DNA from: Armatimonadota bacterium
Lineage (GTDB): Bacteria; Armatimonadota; SYMT01
DNA length: 64,000 nucleotides
Assembly: GCA_041690135.1 (NCBI GenBank)
Contig: JAWLHY010000001.1
Coordinates: 320,001-384,000, forward strand
Reading direction: 5' to 3'
The translations under genes were made by a program, and so were the position numbers. The notes under the pieces are model-generated. The model was not told the DNA's origin. It saw only the letters and a list, made by a program, of their open reading frames with translations, and did not search any database. This document shows, one piece after another, positions 1-9,550 of the stretch (its first letter is position 1; every line of letters begins with the position of its first letter).

Positions 1-263
1 CGTGGAGGGAGAGCCGGAAGTCGGAGCACCCGAGCCGCGCCCGGGCCGGCAGTTGCCGCCGGGGCCGCGGGGCATCTGCTATCGACCGCCCCACCCGGGC
101 GCCCCGCCCCTCGACCGGGACGGGAGCCCAGTGGAACTCCACCTGCGGAACCAGAACCCGGCGGGACCGGTGGACGAAATACTACGGCTGGACCATCGGG
201 GTACGGCGAAATACGCGCGCAACCATCCGAAATCGAGCCGAAAGCTGGACGCGAAGGGTTCTG

Positions 264-752
264 CTAACGATAGTTGACGAACTGCAGGTCCACCGGAAGA
301 TCGGCGCTCCGGAGCAACTGCATCACCGCCTGGAGGTCATCCTTGCTTTTGCCGGTGACGCGAACCTGGTCGCCCTGGATCTGCGTGGTCACCTTTTTGC
401 CGCTGTCTTTGATCAGCTTGACGATCTTCTTTGCGGTGTCGGAGTCGAGGCCCTGCTTGAGCTTGACTTCCTGGCGCACCGTCATCTTGGCGGCGGGCTC
501 CAGCTTGCCCAGTTCCAGGGCTTTGGTGGAGACACCCCGCTTGATCAATTTGCCCTGCAGCACCTCGACGAGCTGGTTCATTTTGAATTCGTCGTCCGAG
601 TGCAGCTTGAGGTGCTCGCCTTCGAGTTCCACGCTGGAGACGGAGCCTTTGAAGTCGAAGCGGTTTTCGATCTCGCGCATCGTTTGCTGGATGGCGTTCT
701 TCACTTCCGTCAGGTCGACTTTGGACACGATGTCGAACGAACTGTCTGCCAT
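264..752 (-). CDS. yajQ: YajQ family cyclic di-GMP/nucleotide-binding protein
   Basis: N-terminal [21 protein letters not shown] and C-terminal [24 protein letters not shown] are typical of YajQ; start placed at the ATG of MADSSF. Confidence 0.95.
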   Translation of the reverse strand: MADSSFDIVSKVDLTEVKNAIQQTMREIENRFDFKGSVSSVELEGEHLKLHSDDEFKMNQLVEVLQGKLIKRGVSTKALELGKLEPAAKMTVRQEVKLKQGLDSDTAKKIVKLIKDSGKKVTTQIQGDQVRVTGKSKDDLQAVMQLLRSADLPVDLQFVNYR

Positions 753-1158
753 GATTCGTGCTCCCCGGGTCGGTGGGCGGGCCTGCCCGCCCTGCAATTC
801 GCACTGAAGCGCCCGGCGCCTTCACCGCCGGACGACCTCGCTCTTGTCGAAAGATAGCACTTCCCCGGCAGAGTGTCATCCCAGGGCCGGGCGGTACAGG
901 TTTCCCGTGCTGCGCAGTGGCCGGTGCCGACTCCTTGCACCGACATTTATCGAGAGGCGTGAGGGAGGAGATCCGCCCGGCGATCGTTGAATCTCCGCGG
1001 AAAGTGGGGACTCCTGCACCACCGGCCTTCTGGCGGCACTTCTCTCGTTTGAAGGCACTTCGCCGGTACCCTCAACCCCGGACCCGCTGGAAACACCTGG
1101 CCTCGTTCAATTTCCCCGACGCACCGCCTCTACGCGGGAGACCCGCCCAGGAGCCTCG

Positions 1159-2313
1159 ATGTTGGACTCGTCTGAATACTACTACCCCGAGGAAGTTCAC
1201 TGTTTCGAAGGGCACACCGGCTCGGTCCACTCCGTGGCGTTCTCCCCGGACGGTCGCCGGGTCCTCTCCGGCAGCATCGACAGCAGCCTCCGCCTCTGGG
1301 ACGTGGAGAACGGCCGCGAGATCGGGTCTCTCTGGGGCCATGAGGACTGGGTCAACGGCGTGGCGATCAATCCGGACGGCACGCTGGGCCTCTCCGGCAG
1401 CGCGGACGGCACGGTGCGCCTCTGGGACCTGGTGGCGGGCCGCGAGGTCCGGCAGTTCGAGGGCGCGGAGGGATACGTCAACAGCGTTTCCTTCTCCCCT
1501 GGTGGGCGGCTCGCCCTCGCCGGAACGACCAGCGGAACCATCTACCTGTGGGACGTGGAGACGGCCCGGGAGATCCGCCGGTTCTCCGGTCACCCGGACT
1601 GGGTGACGGGCGTCGTCTTCTCTCCGGATGGCCGGCAGGTCCTTTCCGGGGGCGCCGACCTCACCGTGCGCCTGTGGGACGTGGAAACCGGCCGCCGGAT
1701 CCGCATTTTCGAAGGCTACCCTGATATCGTCTACTCCGGCCCGGAAGGCTACGAAAACCTCGGCCGCAGCGGCAGTCACTACTCCGGCGGTCACGTCAGC
1801 AGCCTCTCCTCCGGCTTCTCCGGGGGCCTCGTCGGCAGCCACTCCCTGGCCCTGCCCGAAACGAGCCGCTCCCTGCAGATGGTCCGCCCCGCCCGCCACA
1901 CCTGCCTGGTAAAGAGCGTCGCCTTCTCTCCGGACGGCACGCGGGTCCTCTCCTGCAACGAGGAGAGCAGCTTCCGCCTGTGGGATGCCCGCACCGGGCG
2001 CGAGCTGCGGCGTTACCGCGGCCACACCGGCTGCGTCCGCTCCGCCGCCTTCACCCCGGACGGCAAGCAGATCGTCTCCGGCAGCATCGCCGCCTTCGGC
2101 AGCGACGACAACACGGTCCGCCTCTGGAACGTGGAGACCGGCGAAGAGCAGCAGGTGTTCGAGGGCCACACCGGCTGGGTCTGGTGCGTCGCCGTCTCCC
2201 CCGACGGACGCTACGTCATCTCCGGCGGCGGGGACAACACCCTCCGCCTCTGGAGCATCCCCACCCGCGTCGACGCCCTCGAAGCGGGCGACGACGAATA
2301 CTACCCCGAGTAG
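1159..2313 (+). CDS. WD40 repeat (beta-propeller) protein
   Basis: Seven GH..V..VAFSPDG....SGS.D.TVRLWD repeats; GGAG SD upstream. Confidence 0.93.
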   Translation: MLDSSEYYYPEEVHCFEGHTGSVHSVAFSPDGRRVLSGSIDSSLRLWDVENGREIGSLWGHEDWVNGVAINPDGTLGLSGSADGTVRLWDLVAGREVRQFEGAEGYVNSVSFSPGGRLALAGTTSGTIYLWDVETAREIRRFSGHPDWVTGVVFSPDGRQVLSGGADLTVRLWDVETGRRIRIFEGYPDIVYSGPEGYENLGRSGSHYSGGHVSSLSSGFSGGLVGSHSLALPETSRSLQMVRPARHTCLVKSVAFSPDGTRVLSCNEESSFRLWDARTGRELRRYRGHTGCVRSAAFTPDGKQIVSGSIAAFGSDDNTVRLWNVETGEEQQVFEGHTGWVWCVAVSPDGRYVISGGGDNTLRLWSIPTRVDALEAGDDEYYPE

Positions 2314-2342
2314 CGTTCTCGCAGATTGGACCGCAGCTACGA

Positions 2343-2379
2343 AGCAGGCCCCACCGGAGCACCTCCGGTGGGGCCTGCT
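2343..2379. terminator. Perfect 17-bp hairpin downstream of the WD40 gene
   Basis: AGCAGGCCCCACCGGAG-cac-CTCCGGTGGGGCCTGCT between convergent genes. Confidence 0.6.
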
Positions 2380-2716
2380 GTTACGGATCACCCAAGCGAA
2401 AGACAAGGAGGGATCTTGTTGCCCGTCAGCCAAACTCGCGCCAGATGACTTTGTCTCACAACGCCGCAGGTTTGGCGGGGCACCCACGCGTGGGTCGTCA
2501 CTCGCCCAACTATAGCGGTCCCCAAGCGACTCAGATCAGGTTGCGCGACACAAGAAGCCCCTCCGGATCTCATCCGGAGGGGCTCCCTGAACTTCAACAC
2601 CCTCAGAACCCGGTCATCCCGCCAACCTCCGCGCCCACTTCTTCTTTCTTCATGGCGCACTTGGCGCACTCCTGTGGGGCGTAAATCTTGGCGGTTAAAG
2701 CAAACCCGAGTGCTGT

Positions 2717-3487
2717 CTACGGCTGCGCCGCGGCCATCGAGCTGCGCAGCTGCTGCAGCGCCGACCGCTCCAACCGGCTGATATGCATCTGCGAGAGGCC
2801 CAGCTCGTCCGCCACTTCCTGCTGGCTGAAGCCCTCGAAGAAGCGGCGCCGCAGGATCTTCTGCTTCCGTTCGTCCAGGGTGGAGAGGGCCGCGTGGAGT
2901 GGGGCGTGCTCGACCACGGATTCCATGAACGGATCCGGGCGTCCCACCGTGTCGCCGAGGGCGAGGGAATCGTTGCCGTCTTCCATCTCGCGCCGGTCTT
3001 CCAGGCCCTGAGTCTGGTAGGCGCGATACATCTCGATCGCCTGGACCAGGTCCTCCTCGGAGATCTTGAACGCCTCGGCCATCTCCGAGATGGTGGGTTC
3101 CCGCTGGAGCTTCCGGAAGAGCTCGTCCTCCATCCGGTTCAGGTTGGCGGCGATCTCCTGCAGGTAGCGGGGGACCTTCACGCTCCAGGTCCGGTCGCGG
3201 AAATACCGCTTGATTTCGCCGACCATGCAGTGGACGGCGTACGTACTGAACTTGGTCTCGTGCGAGGGGTCGAACCGATCGAGCGCTCCGATCAGCGCGA
3301 TCCATGCGGACTGGACCAGGTCTTCCACGGGCACGCCGGGTCTCGCGAACTTGTGGGCCAGCGAGCGGACCAGCGCTTCGTGTCGTTCGATGATGGTCTC
3401 GCGCAGCTTGGGATCCCGGTTCTGCGCATATATTTCCAGTAACGCCTCGGTGGATTGGTCCCGAATGGCGATGGGTTCCATGCTCAT
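2717..3487 (-). CDS. SigB/SigF/SigG family RNA polymerase sigma factor
   Basis: EDLVQ..IALI.A.DRFDP....FSTYA.....GEIKRYFRDRTWSVKVPR and C-terminal SQQEVADELGLSQMHISRL; start uncertain (3481/3487/3490). Confidence 0.93.
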   Translation of the reverse strand: MSMEPIAIRDQSTEALLEIYAQNRDPKLRETIIERHEALVRSLAHKFARPGVPVEDLVQSAWIALIGALDRFDPSHETKFSTYAVHCMVGEIKRYFRDRTWSVKVPRYLQEIAANLNRMEDELFRKLQREPTISEMAEAFKISEEDLVQAIEMYRAYQTQGLEDRREMEDGNDSLALGDTVGRPDPFMESVVEHAPLHAALSTLDERKQKILRRRFFEGFSQQEVADELGLSQMHISRLERSALQQLRSSMAAAQP

Positions 3488-3624
3488 CACTCCATACAGA
3501 GCACATCCCGGTCGGTTCAACCGTTCCGGCCGGGGTTGCCTCCCAGGCAGAGAGAGGCTCTGCAGTTGTTCTCCGGGGTCTTATCCGGCCGCTTTGTGCG
3601 ACTGACCCCGGTTCAGAGCTAACC

Positions 3625-3650
3625 TTACCCGACGCCTTGGGGGCCTAAAC
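3625..3650 (-). promoter_or_regulatory. Putative SigB/SigF-type promoter (autoregulatory)
   Basis: Minus strand reads GTTTAG-N14-GGGTAA, matching the sigma-B consensus GTTT..-N12-14-GGGWAW, ~140 nt upstream of the sigma gene. Confidence 0.55.
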
Positions 3651-3698
3651 GTAGCCCCAGGCAGGTCGTCGGGGCACCCGCCGCCAGGTAAGTACAAG

Positions 3699-3729
3699 AA
3701 AAACCCGCCGGTGCTTGCACTCCGGCGGG
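3699..3729 (-). terminator. Rho-independent terminator
   Basis: CCCGCCGG stem followed by TTTTT on the minus strand. Confidence 0.7.
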
Positions 3730-3902
3730 CTCCTCGACTAGGGCCAACTATACTGATTAACCGAATGGTTCTAAACGACGCCACTAGCGAAGATACGAGC
3801 TGCTTGTCGTAGTCATCTCTTTAGACGCCGTTTAGAAACCCCCGTTCAAACTTTTTTCTTGCGAGTTTTTCGCGCCTTCTTTGGGCCTGGTTTGGAGCGG
3901 GT

Positions 3903-5411
3903 CTACTCGCCGCCCGTGGCGAGCTGCATCACCTTCTCCTGGGTGGCCTCTTCCCGGCTCAGCTCGCCGGCCAGACGCCCCTCGTGCATCACCAGCATCC
4001 GGTCGCTCATCCCCAGCAGCTCGGGCAGTTCGCTGCTGATCATGATCATCGCGGCGCCCTTGGCCACCAGCTCATTCATCAGCTCGTAGATCTCGATCTT
4101 GGCCCCCACGTCGATCCCGCGGGTCGGCTCGTCGAAGATCAGGAGCTTGGAGTCGGTGAACAGCCACTTGGCCAGCACTACCTTCTGCTGGTTGCCGCCG
4201 GAGAGGTTGCGAACTTCCTGCTCGATGGACGGGGTGCGGATGCGCAGGTCCTTGGAGTACTGCTCGGACACTTCCCGCTCGCGACCGCGGTCCACGAACC
4301 CCAGCTTCGTCAGGGCGTCCAGGTTGGCCAGGGTCGTGTTCTCGCGCACGACCATATTCAGGATCAGCCCGAGCTGCTTGCGATCTTCGGGAACGAGGCC
4401 GATGCCCAGCCCGATTGCTTCCCGCGGCGACCGCGGGTGGACCGGCTTGCCGTTCAGCAGGATCTCGCCGGAGTCGATCGGGTCCGCGCCGAAGATCGCG
4501 CGGGCCACTTCCGTCCGCCCCGCACCGACCAGCCCGCCGATGCCGACGATCTCTCCGCTCCGCACGGTGAAGGAGACGTCCTCGAACACGCCCTTGCGGG
4601 TGAGGCCGCGCACTTCCAGCACCGGCTCCCCCACGGGCGCCGGGCGCTTGGGGATGCTCTCCTTCAGCTCGCGGCCCACCATCATCCGGATCACGTCGTC
4701 GCGGTCGGTCTCCTCGATCCGCTTGGTGGCGATGTAGTGCCCGTCCCGGAATACCGTCACCCGGTCGCAGATGGAGAAGATCTCCTCCATCCGGTGGCTG
4801 ATGTACACGATGCCGACGCCCCGCTCCCGCAGCCCCTTGATCAGCTCGAACAGGTTCTGCAGCTCGTGGTCGGTCAGCGTGGCGGAGGGCTCGTCCATCG
4901 CGATGATCACGCTGTTGCGCGAGGTCGCCTTGGCGATTTCCACCATCTGCTGCTGGGCCACGGAGAGCCGGCTCACCTCCTGCCGGACGTCCACCTGCAC
5001 GCCCAGCGAGTCCATCACCGCCTGCGCGTCGCCGTACAGCTTCTTGAAGTTGATGAAGCCGGGAATCGCCGCCCCCGGCTCGCGGCCCAGGTAGATGTTC
5101 TCCGCGGCGCTGAGGTGGGGGACCAGGTTGAATTCCTGGTAGATGATGTTGACGCCCAGGTCCATGGCGTCCTGGGGGCTGGCGATGTGGGCGGGCTTCC
5201 CGTTGATGAGGATCTCGCCCTGGTCCTTCGTCTCCGCGCCGGCGAGGATCTTCATCAGGGTCGACTTGCCGGCGCCGTTTTCGCCGCACAGGGCGTGCAC
5301 CTCGCCCGGCAAGACCTCGAAGTCGACGTTGTCGAGCGCCACCACGCCAGGGTAGCGCTTGCTGATACCGCGCATCTGGAGCAACGGAGTAGAGGAAGCG
5401 TGATTGGTCAT
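3903..5411 (-). CDS. rbsA: Monosaccharide ABC transporter ATP-binding protein (RbsA/MglA type)
   Basis: Walker A GENGAGKSTL, MDEPSA, second domain LSGGNQQKVVLAKW and FDEPTRGIDVGAK; substrate not determinable. Confidence 0.93.
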   Translation of the reverse strand: MTNHASSTPLLQMRGISKRYPGVVALDNVDFEVLPGEVHALCGENGAGKSTLMKILAGAETKDQGEILINGKPAHIASPQDAMDLGVNIIYQEFNLVPHLSAAENIYLGREPGAAIPGFINFKKLYGDAQAVMDSLGVQVDVRQEVSRLSVAQQQMVEIAKATSRNSVIIAMDEPSATLTDHELQNLFELIKGLRERGVGIVYISHRMEEIFSICDRVTVFRDGHYIATKRIEETDRDDVIRMMVGRELKESIPKRPAPVGEPVLEVRGLTRKGVFEDVSFTVRSGEIVGIGGLVGAGRTEVARAIFGADPIDSGEILLNGKPVHPRSPREAIGLGIGLVPEDRKQLGLILNMVVRENTTLANLDALTKLGFVDRGREREVSEQYSKDLRIRTPSIEQEVRNLSGGNQQKVVLAKWLFTDSKLLIFDEPTRGIDVGAKIEIYELMNELVAKGAAMIMISSELPELLGMSDRMLVMHEGRLAGELSREEATQEKVMQLATGGE

Positions 5412-5884
5412 TTCTGGTTGGACTGTATGCGGGAGGCGGCCCGAAGTAGGAGTGGGACCGCTGCCGCCCTATGTAGTTACGCCGCATCGCCTCAGAAGTA
5501 CTCTTTGGTGGCACCAAGTCTCGCGAAGAGGCCGGTTCGGAACTGGATTCGAGGCGGCTCTTCGGAAGTGCAGCCAGTCGAGAGCAAGAACCCTGCGTTC
5601 GACATCTCCACTGCAGCACCCATTGAGATCAAGGAAGGATAGGCGGCAAAGCCGGGTCCGAAAAAATATTTGTGGCCCGGCGACCTCTAGGTTGCCGGGC
5701 CACTGGGCTCTACGCTACACTCGCCTTAATCGGCTGTTATCTATCTGTGTTGGATGGCGATCTAGCCCCCTCGGCTAGGCAACCGCCGAGGTTCATGTCT
5801 CTGTGCGGCCGTGTAGTGCTGGCCGAACTGCTCAAGACGGATTTCATGCGACCGGCGGCTTTGGACCGTTCTACACGCCGTGAG

Positions 5885-6775
5885 ATGGCAATGCGCTCGG
5901 GGACGTTAGCTCTCTGTTGCGGATGCCTCTTGCTCATTGCCTTGGGAGTTCCAGGCTGCGGCAGGAACACCCCCGCCCGCCCGCCCCAGGTTCCGTCCGG
6001 GGCGAACGGGCGCGGGGTTCTGCCGGGCCATTCCACGGCGCCGTCGATACCCGCCCATCTCGCGGTCATCGAGATCTCTAACGGCCTGAACCGCCGGCTG
6101 GACCGGGTACTTCACGACGGAAGGCGCTTCCGGAGCGAGCAGCTCCACGAGCGAACCCGAGCGGTAGTCGCGGTCGAGCTGCACGACGGAGCGGATCCGG
6201 ACCTCGTGCTCCGTTATATTCCCCGAGCCCGCAGGGGCGGTCCGACGCCCGCTGCGTGCATCCGGAGGTTCTGGGGCAAGGTGGTACCGGAACTGGGTGA
6301 AGAGGAAGCGCGTCGCCGGTACGCCGTCACCGGCGACGGTCTTCGGCCGGCGCGTTTGGGACCGAGCGCACCGGATCCCGCGCTGTTGCCCTTCGTACCC
6401 GAGGCAGGTATGACGGCCCGCAAGACCGGGGTGGCCTCACATTGCGGCAGAACTTGTGAGGTGTGGGCGCAGCACCGGAGCGTCCAGCGGGCCGACAGGC
6501 AGCGAGTGGATACTTCGATCGTGTCGTGGGTGGATCGGGCATCAGGTCTCGTGCTTCGTCGCGAAACGAAGATCTCGTTCGGAGAGAATTCACCTGCCCC
6601 GCCCCGTCGGATCACCCTTCGCACCGTCTCAGTCCAGTTCAATCCGAGGTATACCGACGCTGACTTCGAGGTGCCGCGGGGCGCCACGATCTGGCTGCCC
6701 GAGACATTCGCTGGGGCTCGTCTCCCGCCCGGCGTGCGGCGGGTGATGAAGCCCGGCATGGGCATTCCTTTATGA
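5885..6775 (+). CDS. Putative lipoprotein with LolA/RseB(MucB)-like fold
   Basis: Lipobox-like LGVPGC after a hydrophobic stretch; C-terminal G..CEVW...WVD..SGLVLR.E...V.FNP...DADFEVP.GA resembles LolA-like proteins. Confidence 0.6.
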   Translation: MAMRSGTLALCCGCLLLIALGVPGCGRNTPARPPQVPSGANGRGVLPGHSTAPSIPAHLAVIEISNGLNRRLDRVLHDGRRFRSEQLHERTRAVVAVELHDGADPDLVLRYIPRARRGGPTPAACIRRFWGKVVPELGEEEARRRYAVTGDGLRPARLGPSAPDPALLPFVPEAGMTARKTGVASHCGRTCEVWAQHRSVQRADRQRVDTSIVSWVDRASGLVLRRETKISFGENSPAPPRRITLRTVSVQFNPRYTDADFEVPRGATIWLPETFAGARLPPGVRRVMKPGMGIPL

Positions 6776-8496
6776 GGAGCATCCCGATGACCCGCCGTCT
6801 CGCCCGTCGTGCAGTGCTGTTCTCGGCCGCCATCGCCGCGTCGGCTGCCTGGGGTCGTGCCGTAGCTCTCCCCGAGCGGAGTGAAAACACCCGGCTTCCG
6901 CCGGACCCGAGCCTCGAGCGGCGCGTTTCCCTGCGGAAGAAGAGCGCTCCCGTCGGCGACGTGTTGGAGGCGCTGTCCGGCCCCGGTCTGCGCCTACGGG
7001 CGGAGCGCGACCTCGCGTCCCGCCGCGTAACCTGCTTCGGCGAGCAAGTCCGCCTGGGCTCCCTGCTGGAGGCGATCGCTTACTCCCTCCGGCTATCCTG
7101 GCGGGAGGCAGCCGGTGGGTACGTCCTCTACCAAACGCGCACTCAACGCGAGTGGGAACGGAGCCGGCGGTCCGACTCGCAGGCGCGTTGGGAGCGCGCC
7201 GACCGGTTGCAGAAGCAGGCGCTGACACAGGCCCTGACGCAGGCGGCACGCCGCCCCGGAGAGAACGGGCTCATCGGCGAGGTCCTGGCCCGTCTCACGC
7301 CCTCCCAGCTTCAGGCCGCCGGAGAGGTCGCTTCCATGCCGGAGGGGATCATGGTTGCGTCCAGCATGGCGCACACACACGATCGCCTGCTTGGGGTCAC
7401 CCGCCTCTCCGCGTTTCCCGATGCGGTGCGAGCGCGTCTGGAGACGGCGGTGCGTGCCCTCCCGGCCGGCCTGAAGCAGCCTCCCCGTGCCCCGGGAAGC
7501 GATGGGCTCGGCGAGAATTACATCGGCGTGATCGTCCTCAATATGGGGGTCGACTTGGCCGTCGTGGATCCGGCAGGCAAGGAGGTGTGGCTGTATCCCG
7601 GCAAGCCCGTGGCTCGCCGGGGCATTCCCGGGGTAGACGGGCCCTCGAACAACGATCTCGAACGGATTGAGGCCGTCACCAACGCCACCCCGGGGGCGCT
7701 CGTTGCCCTTGGCAGCCTGAAGGAACCCGGCCGAGGGAAGCCCCTGGAGTTTTCGGACGTTCGCTCCCGCACGCGTCTGCCGGAGCTCCTGGACCGGCTG
7801 GCGGAGCGAACCGGCGTGCCGTTCGTCTCCGATGACTTCCTGCGGAGCCGGGCTACCCCCTACCACTGGGTCCTGACGGATCGGGACCGATACAGCCTTC
7901 GCGAGGCGCTGCTCCAGGTCGCGCGAGCCTTCGGGCACCGATTCGAGGTGAAGTCGGGCGTAATCTGCGCCCGGACGCTGACACCGGGGCTTGACCTGCG
8001 GGCCGAAGTCCCCGCTGGCGTGCTCGACCGGCTGAAGGAGCTCGAGCGCACGAGGCAGCGTCCGGAATGGGGGGACTATCTTCAAATGGGCGCTCTGACC
8101 GATCTCCAGTGGGACACCCTATTCCGGTATGCAGGCGACCTGGCGCCGGTGGGCAGCCTCCCGGCGAGGGACGCGTTTGCGGCCCGCCACTGGCTGCGCC
8201 CGTACCTCGCGTTATCCGATAAACAACGATCAGCGGTCGCGAGCCCCGACGGGCTCGCGTTGGGAAGTGTGGGAGAACCGAGCCGGAGCGGCTTTTGGAA
8301 GCTCCTGAACGTGGGCTTGGAAGCCCGGCGGGAGCGTATGGGAGAAACAGCGCCGGCCAGGCTCACGCTCGAAAGGGCTCCAGGCAGCGCTAAAGGTCGG
8401 ACCCGATTGACCCTCACCCTTCGAGGAACCTCGCGTGGTGCCGTCAAGCGATCCTTCGACGTAGCCACCTCGAGTTCACGCACGACCTCGAAGTAA
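6772..8496 (+). CDS. Secreted hypothetical protein with STN-like modules (paralog of 61166-63781)
   Basis: Arg-rich signal (RRLARRAVLFSAA); LERRVSL.KK..PVGDVLEALS..GLRL.A resembles STN/secretin N0 domains; ATGA overlap with the upstream gene. Confidence 0.7.
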   Translation: MRSIPMTRRLARRAVLFSAAIAASAAWGRAVALPERSENTRLPPDPSLERRVSLRKKSAPVGDVLEALSGPGLRLRAERDLASRRVTCFGEQVRLGSLLEAIAYSLRLSWREAAGGYVLYQTRTQREWERSRRSDSQARWERADRLQKQALTQALTQAARRPGENGLIGEVLARLTPSQLQAAGEVASMPEGIMVASSMAHTHDRLLGVTRLSAFPDAVRARLETAVRALPAGLKQPPRAPGSDGLGENYIGVIVLNMGVDLAVVDPAGKEVWLYPGKPVARRGIPGVDGPSNNDLERIEAVTNATPGALVALGSLKEPGRGKPLEFSDVRSRTRLPELLDRLAERTGVPFVSDDFLRSRATPYHWVLTDRDRYSLREALLQVARAFGHRFEVKSGVICARTLTPGLDLRAEVPAGVLDRLKELERTRQRPEWGDYLQMGALTDLQWDTLFRYAGDLAPVGSLPARDAFAARHWLRPYLALSDKQRSAVASPDGLALGSVGEPSRSGFWKLLNVGLEARRERMGETAPARLTLERAPGSAKGRTRLTLTLRGTSRGAVKRSFDVATSSSRTTSK

Positions 8497-8518
8497 TCCA
8501 TCCCGACGGCGATGCATG

Positions 8519-9550
8519 TTAAACTCCGCCTGGCGTTTCACCACGGTGCGGAAGGGGCAGCGCTTCCGGGGTAGGGGCGGACCCATGCCCGGCCAGAGGA
8601 AGGTTTTCCACGCACACTGGTGGCGCCGCGGCCGGAATGGGGCGGTCCGCCACGCGCGCGGCCGTCGCTTCCAGGACCGATAGGGTCTGGCGAAGGGCCG
8701 CCAGCACGGCGGGGTCCCGCTCGCCCACCACCGGGAGAACCCGGCGTCGGAGCGCGGAAAGCGCGCCGGGATGACCCAGGGCCGCCAGGGCTTCCGCGGC
8801 GGCCAGGCGCAGCGGGGTTTCCCGGTGCGTGAGCAGTTCCAGGACCCCGGGGAGGGAGCGGGGGTCCTCCAGCCGGGCCAGGGCGAGTGCGGCCGCGGTG
8901 CGGAGCGGCCCCGAGGCGGAGGAGAGCAGCGGGACGAGCCTTTCTAACGCCCGCGGATCGCCGATCCGGCCCAGGGCTTCGGCGGCGCAGCCCTGCACCC
9001 ACTCCGAATCGTGGTCGAGTACCCGCAGCAGCACCTCGCACGCCGCCGGGTCCCCGATCTTGCCGAGCGCCATGGCCGCTCGGCCCAGCGCCATCGTCCC
9101 GGTCGCGCCGCTGCTCGCGTTTCCCGCTGCCTGCGCGCGGATCTCCTCGCTGGTCCGGACCAACGGCCCCACGGCCGGCTCGCCGATCGCCGCCAGGGCT
9201 TCCGCCGCCCGCCAGATCACCAGGGTCTCGCGGTCTCCCAGCGCGGAACACAACGGTTCCACGGCCGCCGGGTCCGCAATCCTTTCCAGCGCCCGGGCCG
9301 CTTCCGCCCGCACCCACGGCTGCCGGTGCTTCAGTGCCCCACACAGCGCCGGCACCGCCGCCGGGTCCCCGATCTTCCCCAGGGCCTCCGCCGCCTGCGT
9401 CCCTGCCTTCTCGTCGGCCGCCGGCCCTTCCAGGCAGCGGCACAACGCCGGCACCGCCCGCGGATCGCCCAACTCCCCCAGCGCGCGAGCCGCGTCATTC
9501 CGCGCGAACCAATCCCCGCACTCCAACCTCTCCAGAAGCTCCTCAACCAT
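8519..9550 (-). CDS. HEAT/PBS-lyase repeat protein
   Basis: Multiple AA.ALG.IGDP.AV..L repeats; start placed at MVEELL. Confidence 0.88.
   Translation of the reverse strand: MVEELLERLECGDWFARNDAARALGELGDPRAVPALCRCLEGPAADEKAGTQAAEALGKIGDPAAVPALCGALKHRQPWVRAEAARALERIADPAAVEPLCSALGDRETLVIWRAAEALAAIGEPAVGPLVRTSEEIRAQAAGNASSGATGTMALGRAAMALGKIGDPAACEVLLRVLDHDSEWVQGCAAEALGRIGDPRALERLVPLLSSASGPLRTAAALALARLEDPRSLPGVLELLTHRETPLRLAAAEALAALGHPGALSALRRRVLPVVGERDPAVLAALRQTLSVLEATAARVADRPIPAAAPPVCVENLPLAGHGSAPTPEALPLPHRGETPGGV

Noticed and set aside
2-277. 91-aa ORF at the window edge
   Set aside because: No recognisable motif, Pro/Arg-rich, and it overlaps the yajQ stop; it cannot be supported.
3600-3700. 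Possible 6S RNA or riboswitch
   Set aside because: The hairpin is short and lacks recognisable consensus; it is better explained as the SigB-type promoter region.
3984-5642. Long antisense or alternate-frame ORFs (also 1072-2487, 15469-17079, 30255-31925, 38155-39408, 56835-58298)
   Set aside because: These are shadows of well-supported genes, as expected at high GC.
5492-5703. 44-aa minus-strand ORF and hairpin upstream of the ABC ATPase
   Set aside because: No SD or motif; the hairpin at 5672-5703 is real but its role cannot be assigned.
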